A stretch of 64,000 nucleotides of DNA from the human T2T-CHM13v2.0 reference genome, Homo sapiens: assembly GCF_009914755.1 (NCBI RefSeq), contig NC_060928.1, one strand, 5' to 3'. Positions 31,452-45,620 of this stretch are shown here, piece by piece (position 1 is the stretch's first letter; each line of letters starts with the position of its first letter). The position numbers and the translations under genes are program-made. Under the pieces are notes generated by a model. That model was not told where the DNA came from and did no database searches. It saw only the letters and a list, made by a program, of their open reading frames with translations.

Positions 31452-33627
31452 CTAAGCACTGAAATTTTTATCTTATCCTGGGCACTGACTGTAGAGTAAA
31501 GGTGGCGAAGGTGCCCACAGTAGTCTCGGAGGTTTAGGTTCTCCTCTCTTGAGGATGACATATCCTGTTTTTCAGTGTGTGTCTGTGGCGATACCTTTGC
31601 GTTTTCTTTATTTTTATATTCTACCTTTTCTCTTTCTTCTGGTCTGAGTGTTGCCTTTCAGATGGAGTGCTGGGAGATGCTGACTTTTAAACTCTTCTTT
31701 TAGAATCAAGATTTACTGGCACAGTCCTCTCACCGAAGGCTAGGAAAGCCATTGTAACTTAATATAGCCTATTACCCTAAATCTGTGTGTATCCCGTGTC
31801 TATTTAAATTTGTTAGAGGGCAAGATATTGTTAAAGCTGCTGCTAGGAGATTTAACTTGGTGCAGTCATGGGCCTGGCAGGTGGGGCAGGGAGACAGATG
31901 GGTAAACCGACGGAGCTAGCTGGTAGTGTTCTAGGTACCATAGTGCCATCAGTTCTGTAGAGCAATGAGAGAGAATATGGTCAGCTGGCATCCCTGCCCC
32001 AAATGGGCCTTGCACAGATCTGAGGGCCCAGAAAACTGGCACCCAACTGCTGGTGACATCAGCTATTCCTTTGATGTAGACTAAAACGTTTTCATTCACA
32101 GTCTTAGAATGAAAATAGCTGGGGGATGAGCACTGACCAATAGGCTGTCAGCTCCCCGAGGGCAGGGGTGGGGCACAGTGCAGCCTCCAGAGCATCACCT
32201 GCAGCCCGGTACCCAGAAAGCGTTTAATACGTGTTTGCTGATGAAATAGATATGGGGGTTCCCCCCTTAGGAGCAAGTTTTGTAAGGAGGTAAAGGGAAA
32301 GAGCCTGGAGTGTCAGAGTCACCACTTTCTTAAAACAAAATCAAGAACCAAGAATCAGAATCCCAAATCCAGAATCAAAGTTTAGAAGCTGAAAGAGAAC
32401 CTTTTTGCCAAGAGGGATGGCTGAGCTCTGTTCACAAGGGTTTCGACTTCTTCTAGGGTTCTTTTGCTTCATTTAGCTCTGCTGCTGTTCCCGGCCCCAG
32501 AGATGTGCTACCCACACTTGAAGATTCTTGCTCAAGCCCGGATGCTGTTGCTGTCACATTCCCTTTAATCTAGCTTGGATGGACCAAGGCTCTCAACACT
32601 GCTCTAACAGGTGGACCAGATGGAAAATAAAACATAGCATATATGAGCATTCAAACAGCCCTGCTTTCAAAGGCTGAGCTAATTACCTTCCAGCTGTAAA
32701 GGCCTACCATAAATGAGGTCACCCTGTCTGAGTTCCTGAGTTCCCAAGTCCCAGTCATTGGCTTGTCCTCAGATAGATGGATACTCATCCATTAAGGTCG
32801 AGGCCTAGAGACTCTCTTTCTCTCTGAGGCTCTCCTTCCAAATTCCAGCTTTAAATTTGAGAGATGAGCTTCCCTTGATGGCTGACCTCCACCCAATCAC
32901 TTCCTCCAGTTGAGCTCTCCGCCCTGCTATGTGGTGAAGGGCCTCGAGGCCAGCACAAGATGAACACGCCTATACCACAGCACCAGAGTAGTACTATATG
33001 ACGACAGGTGCATATCACATACAGCCGCAGGAGGGCTACCCATCACAATTCCTGGTGTCACATGCAGAGCCCAGCACATTCAGAAGTAGAGAGGAAAGAA
33101 ACATCATGTAAAATCTTAGGGAGAGAAAGCTGGGGCCACCCAAGAGAGTAAAGGTTGCCTGCTTTGCAGCTCTGCCCGAGGCATCGTCTGCACGTATTAT
33201 ATGGTGCTGGTAATCTGAGGTATCATTGAGAGGCTGTGTCTTTAAAGGGGTCACAGGAATCTCAAAAACAAGAAGCAAATCCATTTTAATTGAGTTATCG
33301 TGGGGGAGTAGCCTGCCTGCCAGCACTCCAAGCTCTGTGTGTCCCGTATCCCAAGTCAGGGTTACCCTCCTAGGAAGGGAGGAGCCCTGTCTATGGAGCA
33401 GGCGGGTCCAGTTCCTTTCTTTTTTGCATGTAAAACTCTCAAAACCAAGGCTGGCTCTTCACAGGTCCCTCCCTCAGTCTGTTGTCTGTTTTCCCAGGCC
33501 TTTATGGAGCTGTCGTTGGTTCACAGATGCCAAGCAGTTACATGGTTAATCCTCCCTCCGCCAACCCCCCCTTCAGCACCACGCCCTCCTTCCTAATGGG
33601 CCTGAACTTGCCATTGTCCAAACATGA

Positions 33628-34063
<436 letters not shown>

Positions 34064-37009
34064 TGTTCTGTTAATATTGCTTCTCACTCCCATAACTTTG
34101 GTTCAAAATACCATGTTCAAAAATACCTTAGTTATGCATATTTTGGATTCTAATATTTCAAATAGACATGGACAATTCATTTGAGATAAGTTGGGAATTT
34201 TCTCTTGGCCAGTTAAGATATTGAGGAGAAAATAACTTGATATAAAAAGTACTTTTCTGGATTTTTCTTTCCTTTTTTTTAATTTAAAGAAGGATGACTT
34301 GGGATGTACTTGAAGCTTCTTGAGAGTTTGAGAATATCTTAAGATAGATCCTGGTTTTCTCATAGTCTGGTACTTGTATCTTTCACTACTTCCTGTCTTA
34401 ATGTTATTCTACGTGGGAATAAATGCCAACATGGCGTCAAGCAATGAGCTGAGTTTAACACAAAATGTTAGAGGTAACCTCCTTGTTCTTTATCAAAAGA
34501 TAAGAGAAGAAGAGAGATCCAGAATTTAAAATTTTCCCCTTTTCCTCCATTGGAACAGCAGCTCTTCTCTGAAAACACCTCAATACCAAAGATTCTTCTT
34601 AATCACACACATCTTTTAATTAATGTGATTTTATTCTAAAGAAAGCAAATGTCTTTGACTTTCAGTTCAATTTCTAAAAGGGGAAACCATGTACTTGGTC
34701 CCTCTGTGGGGCTCTTTGCCATTTTAATCTTTTATTTTCTCCCAAATTATGAATGTTCCTCAGTGAGTCTTGATAATAATTTCTAAATTAGCCTTGTCTG
34801 AACTTGTGTTTGATAATCTTAGGTATTTAATTATAAGTGTCATAGATTCCTAGCATTTCCAGTCCAGGTGTCAGATTAAAAAAGACAGTTTGACATCCTC
34901 ATTGTGCAGGTCATTTTCATCATTTTCCATGCCAGGAGCAAGGTAATTAATATTGCTCTCTCACTGCAGGGACAGAGTAGTAAGTTTCTAAATGTTACAC
35001 TTTACCTATATGGATAGTGATGCACATTCTGCTTGCAATTTCTAATGCGATGCCCGAAAGAATGCTATAGATGGAAAGCCATACCGTGGAAGACAACGGG
35101 CCAATTCTCACAAGCAGCAGGGTAGCTAATGTCTGCTGCATTGTTTATTTTACACAATTTTTGAAAAGTGAACAGAAACCATGATTTTAAATTTAATTAA
35201 GAAAGATTATGTTGGGGGGAGGCAAATCAGATAATCACATGCACAAAGGGTTTAAAGGAGAATTGTTTGGACCTAAAGTCCTATTTTGTTGTTGATTTTC
35301 ATCTTCCGACAAATTGCTTCCCAAGGCTCTGAGTTGATTTAAAGTCAACAGGAGTTCTGAATGGGGTATGAAAATAAACAAGAATGGGGAAAAATTGGAG
35401 ATTTCTGGATACTGATTCTGAAGATATTTCACAGTTAACATTTTTCACTGCTTCCCATATATTTAGCCCTTTCCAGGGGATCAAAATGCTCATACCCCAT
35501 CCCATTTTCCAGTTAGAATTTCACCTGAGAATTTAAATGCACGATCAGTAGCTTGCTTGGTGAGCAAAGATTTCAGCACAAGAAGTGACTCCCTGCTGAC
35601 AGTGGCCTGTGAGCCTCTCCTGGCTGGATTTGTGTCTGTCAATCCCTTGTCTCTCTGCATGGGTTGTGCCCCATCAATCTTGCCAATCCCTGATTATTTG
35701 GCCTTACCTCTTTTCTGAGTTCTGGACTCATTGAGCAAGTCATACACATAAAAATATTTACTGAGCACCTGCTTGCCACAGGCCTTGGTCGACAATCTTT
35801 CTCCAGTCAAGGCATTGTACAAGTGATACCTGTTCCTTTGTTAAATCACATCCAAGTCCCTGTCTTCCTGAGATTGCCCCATATTGATTTTAATTGGATT
35901 ACAGACATTTTCAAAGTCATCTTAGTTTGTTGAGAGACAGCTTACATGGCATGTACATACCCTTGAAACTGGAAAAAATAAATCACATTTCTCTTTTGGA
36001 GATTTGCAAAGGAAGACAAAGCCCAATGAACACTGGTAGAACAGAAAACAGTTTCCAAAATCCTTAACTGTTATTGCCCCTTTCTCTTTTCATGGAATTG
36101 TATAATTACTATCATTTTATGTTATAGAAAAGTTTCTAGTCTATCACATTTCATACTGTAGAAAAACATCATTGAATGGTGCACTTTGATGGAATTTGAA
36201 ATAACTAGTTGTTAGTTTTCTGATCAATGACATTTAGAATTGTTTACTATGTGCTAAGAGAAATCAATGGTCAGCTTTGAAATATCCCAAATCAACGTTC
36301 TTAAATAGAGAAATACATGGCGCCTGAATGTTTCAAACTTGCACTAGGGGCCAACAGCCTCAGAAGCATCTTAGACACCTCCCCCAACCATCATCAAAAA
36401 AAAAAAAAAAAAAAAAGGCATGTATTGCAATTCTCAGATAACCAGTTTGCTTTAGATACATGCAAGCTGCCTTTGGTGCCTGCCACAGCTGCAGGTCTTT
36501 CTTGGGAGTTCCATGCGGTGGAGGAAAGGCAGATCCTGTAGGCCATCGGTGGCTAAACAGAGGCATAAGGCAGAGTTGGCGATTCAGCCACAGCCCTGGA
36601 ATGACAGTGTCCCCATATGGCAAATCCCTCGCATAGAAGGCCATGGGAAATCCCAACCAGGGACCCATGATGGCAGCTCTAGAACTGCGTTGCTCTCTGA
36701 CCTCTCTGCTAGGGCCAAGACTGGCCAAGCTGCTACTTACTGTGCCCTGGTCTGTGCAGGTCCCCTATACATTCCCACCCGAAACTTCCAACACTGAGCT
36801 AAGCTGAGCTTGCTGTGCTCCCCTCAGTGTGAAAAAGCTTATCTCCCACCACGTGTCAGGAGCTTCGGGGAACCAGGGCTGTGTGGGGATGGCTCTGCCT
36901 GTGCCGAGCCCCGTGCCTGTCACTGAGACATTTGAGGGTCCGTTTCTTGCCGATGAGGCAGTTTTTTAAAAGGCTCTCCATCTGGGGACGACTCATCCTG
37001 TGTGAGGCA

Positions 37010-37220
37010 GGTGCTTAAGCACTTGACGTGCTTGTGAATTTCAATAGTTGCAGCAGCCCCAGGGGGTGGGAGGCGTTATTGGCATTTCACAGGTGAGGAA
37101 ACCGAGGCACAGAGAGCTCCGTGACTTGCCCAGGGTCACTCGCGAGTGAGTGGCTGAGGCAGATTCTGCATTCTAATCTGATTAAATCCAGAGCCCACAT
37201 TTTTAAGCACACTGCTCTGC
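37010..37220 (-). mobile_element. MIR
   Basis: catttcacaggtgaggaaaccgaggcacagagag...gtgacttgcccagggtcac is the MIR core. Another MIR lies at ~30030-30215. Confidence 0.85.
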
Positions 37221-37540
37221 AGCTCCGGGGTCTTTTATCACTTTGTTTATCGTGAGTATTGATACAGGAGACTCCTAAAGTGATCCATGGATTGAGGCTG
37301 TCAAACATGAACCCAGAACACGTTGTGTTTTCAATAGGGTGTCATTCTTTATACACAAAGACAACAGACTCTTAATTCTGCCAGTGCCGCACACTGTGAG
37401 CTTTTTAAAAAAACAGCAACAACAAAAAACAGCAGTGGGATAATTCTGCTTATTCCTCTGTGTTCTGAATGGGTCACCCTTGTCTTACACCCAACAGCTC
37501 ATATTTTGCAATGCCTGGTATTTAAAGAGTAGCTTCATTA

Positions 37541-37900
<360 letters not shown>

Positions 37901-38929
37901 AAGAAAAGGAAAGGAAAATTTCTCACGCATCCAGTGCATATATTTTCTATTCCAAACAGTAAGTGTAATTCATCAATTTATGGGTGGGAGAATGGTTTGA
38001 TAAAGATGGACAGCGAGTCACTGAGTCGCCCGTGACGATGTGGTCTGTGCTTCTGTGTGTATGCTGTGATGTATTCATTCATAGCAGCCCTCACATCCAG
38101 TTCCCATGGGGTGCTGGGTTCTCAGGAAATGCATGTGAGGATGGAAGACACGGGACTAGAATGCACATGACTTTCAGGGGAAAATTGTTAGTTTTACAGT
38201 AGATGGAGAAGGAAATTTGCTTTTCATTTGACATCTTACTTTTCTTCTTTTCTTTTTTAAACTAAATCATTATAATCTTATTACAAGGGTAATATGTCTT
38301 CAATTTAGATAAGTTGAAAAAATATAGAAAGCCCCAAACTTATACAGAAATACAAATCTTGATTTTATTCTTGGTCCCTTTATCTGAAGGTTACGTAAGT
38401 CATTTTCAGAAAGACAGAATGCTCGAGTCTAAATCTCGCCCTCTCAACACTCACCTCCCTCGAGGAAGCTGAAGTCTCGGTCTCCGTCCGCGCCCCCACA
38501 CACTGCCTTGCCAAGGGGCAGCAGAGCTTGCGTGGAGCCCCCTCCTCTCTCCTTTGGCAGGGTCTCTTGGTTTCAAGTATTGCCTCTTGACTCCAAAATC
38601 TGGATTTTCAATCCTGACCTTCCATGTAATTAATCTTCGGCTGAAAATTTCATGCTCATCCCTACTTTTCACTCCCCTTTAGATCACACTAATGCAGATC
38701 TTGTTACCAAATGCCAACACTGTTAGAACATCTCTTAATTCGTCTCCCTGACTCTAGTGCCTCTCCTTCTAATCCGTTCTTCATACTGGGACTAGTTTAA
38801 TTGTTTTAAATCCCCTCATGTTCTCTGATGCCTATAGGGTAGTGTGCTAACATTTTAACCTGGAAATAAAAATGCTCTGCTGTCTTGCCTTTATTTACCT
38901 GTTCAGTTTCTCTTTCCGATTATAGTCCT

Positions 38930-39350
38930 GATACGGCAGAAGCATTTAGTATTTACTGAATATCCACGTGCTCCCCTGCATTTCCTGGCCTCCCTTACTG
39001 GCAGACTGGGCTAGGATGACTGAGTTCTGACTAAAGGGATTTGGGTAGAAGTAAGGTTTGTCACTTCTAGGCCTGGACATAAAAGCTCCTACATGGCTTT
39101 TCAGTCCTCTCTTCACATTTCATGGTGTCTTCGGAGGTCATGTGCACTTTCTAAGCACATTCAGAAAGTGCAGCTATAAATAGTGAAGCCTCCATCAGCC
39201 TGGGTCCCTGAATGACCTTGCGGAGTATACAAACCCCTGTTGACCCATGGTGGATGTGTAATGAGTAAGAAATAATTTTGTTTTTGTATTAAGCCTTTGA
39301 GATTTTATGCTTAATTTGTTACTATAGCATAGTCTGTGCTATCCTGGCAG
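38930..39350 (+). mobile_element. MLT1 (H/J-like) MaLR solo LTR
   Basis: gactgagttctgactaaagggat..., agcctgggtccctgaatgac, taagcctttgagatttt...ttgttactatagcatag. Confidence 0.75.
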
Positions 39351-40378
39351 ACCCCACAGGAATGCATCTTAAGTACCTCGGAATTGAGCCATAGGCCTAA
39401 TCTATTACTTCTGACTAAGAAGAGAGAGTTGAGACCTAGTCCCAGAACTTCAGTTCTAGAATGACCAATTCAATGATCCCCAGATTTTGAGATTTCATCA
39501 ACTGGGAACAGTCAAAATAAAAACTAAGAGTTTGACAGGAGTTACCAAATGATAATTTTGCCAAGAAAAGGCATTTGAAAAAATCCTGTCATCTACTGTT
39601 ACAACCATTTCGTTAAAAAGGACGTATAATGTCACATACCTCCTCCCAGCAGGGAGAACATACACTGTCAAAATTAAGGGTGAATTTTGTCATTGAATAA
39701 ATTTTGCATCATAAAAAATGAAACTCTTAACAATATTGTTCTAACTTTCTCACTTCAGTATTTCCCAGTAAACACTTAGTGACGGAAGTGCTGCGGTGGG
39801 GACCAGCGTTCGCAAAGTGCAGAAGACACGGTTCCCCAAGTGAAGCTTGAAGACCTAGAAAGACCTGAGTCAGGTTTTCCACTGAGATGTGAACCAGCTC
39901 CTGGGGGCCCCTGGGGTGCTGCCTTGTTGACCGCAGGCCTTTAAGATCTTTGTGTACCGCTGAGACCTCTTGATTCTAAGGTAAGGGGTAGGAAAACTCT
40001 TGAGCACTTACACCAAAATGTGTAGGGGGCGGGGGTGTGCGGGCTCACGGGGGTTTACACATAGCTAATAGGTGTCAGGGGCAGGACTGGATTGAACCTC
40101 AGCCCCACTCCACCATCTCGGTGCCATTCCACTCTCGAGAGATTGAAGACTCAGAGCTGCAGGGAAACCAAACAGAGCTACCCAAGGTTCCTGGAATGGA
40201 TTCTGCCAGGGTCCTCATTTGGTGACTGTGTTGCTCTCCCCAGGCCCTGGGTGCTGCCTCAACCTGCTTAGGTCCTTCCAGGCTCAGCCCTGGGGGTCTC
40301 TTCTCCTGGGAATGTCCCCTAACCCCCATGCAAAGGCTCAATTCTTTCCCCTCATGCTCTCACAGCATCCTGCATATA

Positions 40379-40965
<587 letters not shown>

Positions 40966-40979
40966 GTGAATTATAAATA

Positions 40980-41313
40980 CAGTTGTCCCTCAGTATCCAA
41001 GGGGGATTAGTTCCAGGACTCCCATGGGTACCAAAATCTGAGGATGCTCAAGTCCCTGATACGAAAAGGTGCAATACTTGTACCTACTCACATCCTTCTA
41101 TACACACACACTTTACATCATCTCTAGATTACTTATAATACCCATTACAATGCAAATGCTATGTAAAGAGTTGTTATCGTGTATTGTTTAGGGACTAATG
41201 ACAAGGGGAAAAAAGTCTGGACGTGTTCAGATGCAATTTTCTTTTCAAATATTTTCAGTCCGCCATTGGTTGAATCCATGCATGGGAAACCCACAGATAT
41301 GGAGGGTGAACTG
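40980..41313 (+). mobile_element. MER2
   Basis: cagttgtccctcagtatcc...gttccaggac...gatatggagggtgaactg. Confidence 0.9.
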
Positions 41314-42744
41314 CTCCTCTAGCGAGTTTTGTACATTAAGTGGCAGACTCAGGTTCTGCCGTGATTTGGCTTCTGTTGCCTTTCAGCATTGTTGAAAGAG
41401 CAAAAGATTTTCGATTTCCTCTTCTTGCCCTGAACATGGGAATCATGACTTTCTCTTCCCCATTGCACCTTCCAAGACTGGGACTTGGAAGGAGGGACAG
41501 AAGCGGGAGCTCTGAGTTAGGCCATCGGGGCCCTTGCTGGGAAGCTTTGCCTTGCGTAGGCTTCATGAGGGATGGCCTACTCGCTCCTCTGAGTGGAAAG
41601 AAATCTGAGAAGGGGCAAGTCTCAGGATTAGCGCCTCACCCTGGGCTGGCCCCATGTGTGGAGGAGGTGACCAGCTGTGTGGGGCAGGGGGGAAAAAGAC
41701 CTCACAGCCCTGCCTCAAAGCTCCCTCCTCCCGCATTCTAGTGAGATCTTTCAGGCATTAGTTCCCTGCCCAGGGGCAGTTAACGCATCACCACTCAGCA
41801 TCACCTGTCCAGGAAAGGGCATTGCAGAGCAGAGAGGGAGGAACAGCCATCTGCCATCTGTGGAGCACCCAAGGCCTCTGCCTAAGCCCTCTCCATAGCA
41901 GAGGACTTCCTGAGCCCTGGTGAGAGGCAGGGAAGGCTGGGCTGGGAGAGAACGCTTCTGGAGAGATGGCTGGAAAGGAAAGAAGAGCCCCCAAAACCAG
42001 GCACAAGATTAAATTTGCTCCCAGCACATCCTTCTGAAAACTGCCGTATCCCAGGGCCCTGTTATCATGGCCTAAGTATGTCAGGAAATCCTTGAAACAG
42101 CTCCATGTTGCACTTAAAACCTTACACATTGCATTGCCTGTCTTCCCTGCTGGGTTTACATGAAACCAGAACACCTGGTCAGTTTAGTCCAGCAGATAAA
42201 ATTTGCATCCATGACCCTGGCCCGTTCTCTCCTCTCTCTTCCTGCTCACACTCACTCACGCAACGGTCCACTGAAAGTCTTGCTTGAGAACCCTTGGATT
42301 TTCTCCCTGGTAGGGTCTTTTAATGCCCACCCTGCCCCTCTCCACAGTTTATAGACAAAGACGGTAACAACCACGAAATTCAAGTCGCTGGTTGGAGGTC
42401 CCACACCTCTGAAGGACTCAGGCCTGGGAAATTAAGGAGCCCTGGTCCTCTCCCATCACTGACGGATGTCCAGTTCCAAATATGTTGTCCTGGAGCCAGA
42501 CCCCTTTTTTGACTAATAACTGTGTCCTGACTCTTTTTTTTTCCAAATGAAAATGACTATGATTTTATTTGTTCATTAACAGTTTTACAATACTGCCCAG
42601 TTGACATCCAGAATCCTGGCAGAGGAAAAAAAGCAGGTAGACAAAAAGCATCACGTTTTCATTTTTTATCATCATTAAATGACCTCAAAATTATTTTATA
42701 TTTAAGTTACTAAATTATTTTCTTGTCGTTAATTATGATTTGCA

Positions 42745-43790
42745 GAGGTAGAACTCACATAGCATAAAATTAACCATCTTAAAGTAGACCATTCAGTGGC
42801 ATTTAGCAATTCACAGTGTTGCGCAACCATCACCTCTCTCTAGTTTGAAAACATTTTCATTCCCCAAAAGGAGACCCACTAACCATGAAGCAGTCTCTCT
42901 TCATTCCCCTCGCCACGGCCCCTGCGTTTTGTGTCCTTTGGATTCCCCTATTTCAGATACTTCATAAGAATGGAATCATACAGCGTGTGACCTTCGTGTC
43001 TGGCTTCTCTGATAATTATCTTCATGTACTGTTTGGTACATTAGTAAGTAGACGAAGTGGAAACCAGTAAACCTAGTAAGATTATTAACCATTCCCTCCT
43101 TAGCCCCGTGTGCAGGGTATGGCGGGACCTTATTTATTCTTGGCATCTCCCTTCACCTTGGCAAAATAGTACCAGTGCCTGGTATGTGCTTTATTATTAT
43201 TACTATTATTATTATTAATGGACTTTATTTTTAGCAGAGATTTAGGAAAATTAAGCAGATAGTACATAGAGTTCCCATATAGTCTCCATGGTCTTCACAA
43301 TTTCCCTTTTTATTAACATTACATTCGAGTGGTACATTTGTCGTAATTAAGGAACCAGTGCTGATACATTATTACTAACTAAAGTCTAGTTTATTCACAT
43401 TTCCTGAGTTTTTTCCTAATGTCCTTTTGCGGTCCTAGAATCTCATCCAGGACACGGGATTCCACGGAGTTGTCACGTCTGTCAAGCTCCTCCGCCTTTG
43501 CCAGTTTCTCCGACATTCCTTGTTTTTGATGGTACGTTGACGGTTTTAAGGAGCGCTGCTCAGGTGTATTGTAGGATGCTCCGTGACTGGACTGTGATGC
43601 ATTTCTTATGATTAAACAGGGGTTATGGGTCTTTGAAAGAAAAGTCACAGAGGTAAAGTGGTATTTTCATCAGACCCCATCAGGGGCACATAGCAACATA
43701 ACTTATGACTGTTGATACTAACCTTGATCACTGGCTTAGTAGTGTTTGTCAGGTTCCTCCACTGTAAAGTTTCTCTTTTCCCCCTTCCTG
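42745..43790 (-). mobile_element. Two L1M 3' fragments (42745-43010; 43220-43790)
   Basis: cataaaattaaccatcttaaag...; gatagtacatagagttcccatat... motifs. Confidence 0.75.
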
Positions 43791-45315
43791 CCTTTTCTTG
43801 TTTTCAAAAAGCCCTGTTCCCATGATTATGCTTCTGTAATATAAGCAGGTGGATGCTTTGTGTGGATACAGCAGCCTCCAAGGTTTGGATGGCCTTGTTG
43901 TCTGCTTAGCAGTGCAGGATCACCCAGAGGCTGTGCTGCGTGTGCTCAGAGTCTTCCACAGCCACAGTGTCATGTACGGGGTCTGGCCCACAACTGACAG
44001 GGAATCAGAATTTCCAATGGGATGTCAAACACATAGCCAATAGTTTCTTTCTGCTTAAATTCTTATTTAACAGTCTTCCCAGGTTTTTTTTTTTAAAATT
44101 TTCATTTAAAAAATCTTTTCAATTTTTTTTTGTAGTGGCAAGGTCTCCATAGACCCATAGTCCATTGCACAGACTGGTCTCCATCTCCTGGGCCCAAGCA
44201 ATCCTCCCACCTTGGCCTCCAAAAGGGATAGATTACAGGTGTGAGCCACTGCACCTGGCTGCACTCTTCCAAGTTTTATCAGTCATGAAATCACAGCCAA
44301 TGGGAACAAGAGCATGAATGCAGGAGGAGGTAGGAGAATCACATTTTCCTGTGTTCAGTCAACAAACATTGCTGACAACACGCCTGACATTCTGCAAGGA
44401 CAAGTCATCTGGACAATGATGAGCATGGATGGCCCCTCTGCGGTGTCACTCACAACCCTTAACAAATCTATTTCATACATGGCAGATGATGGGAGCCCTG
44501 AAGGTACAGCTCCAAAATTGTTGCTTCCATGAAGGTTCAAATGAACCAGGGACTAACTCTGGGTTCTTGACACTTGGATTTAGACATAAACTTTTGCCTG
44601 TATGTTTTCAGAGATGAAGAGGACCAAGACACACATTCAGATGGGGGTGAGACAATGCCCGTTGTCCCTTCAGTGCATCAGTCACTTCCAGTGCTCTTCA
44701 GTGGAAACTCCTTGAAGCCGGCACTGTGCCATTAATGTAATTTCTGAAAAGAGAGGAAAATAGGCACACTGCCTTGGCAAATAAGATGGAGAAGGAAGTG
44801 AATACAGTTAGCTGGGTAGTAGGGATCTGCACACGATTATATGGAAAATAACTTTCTGGGCTGCAAGCTTCAAAAGCTCAGGACACAGCCCTGGAAGAGG
44901 TGCCAGGTTGCAAGAGGGAGGCATGCACCGGACTTTGGACCCCAGAGTGCTGCCTTTCCTTTCTCCAGCCACGCCCACCCTGCCTGTTACAGCACCTGAG
45001 CATGAGGACAGAAAGAAAGGACGGGGCAGAGGGGGTGGGGAGGGGTGTGTCTGTCCACTGGGCCGGGCAGTTTGGGTCTAGGGGAGGCTGTTCTAGGGCT
45101 CCTTTGAAAGCACAGGTAACAGATGACAAGCAGCACACAAAAGCTATTGACTAGTCCACACACTTAGAAAGGTGGAAAAGAGGAAATGCATATTTTCAGT
45201 AGAAGACAAAACAATGTCCCAGTGGCTGGTCATCCTCATGGATCGTCACGGTATGAGCACCTTGTACAGGGCATCTGGTCTGCCGAGAGCTGTCAGAGCC
45301 ATTTTCTCAGCCACC

Positions 45316-45620
<305 letters not shown>

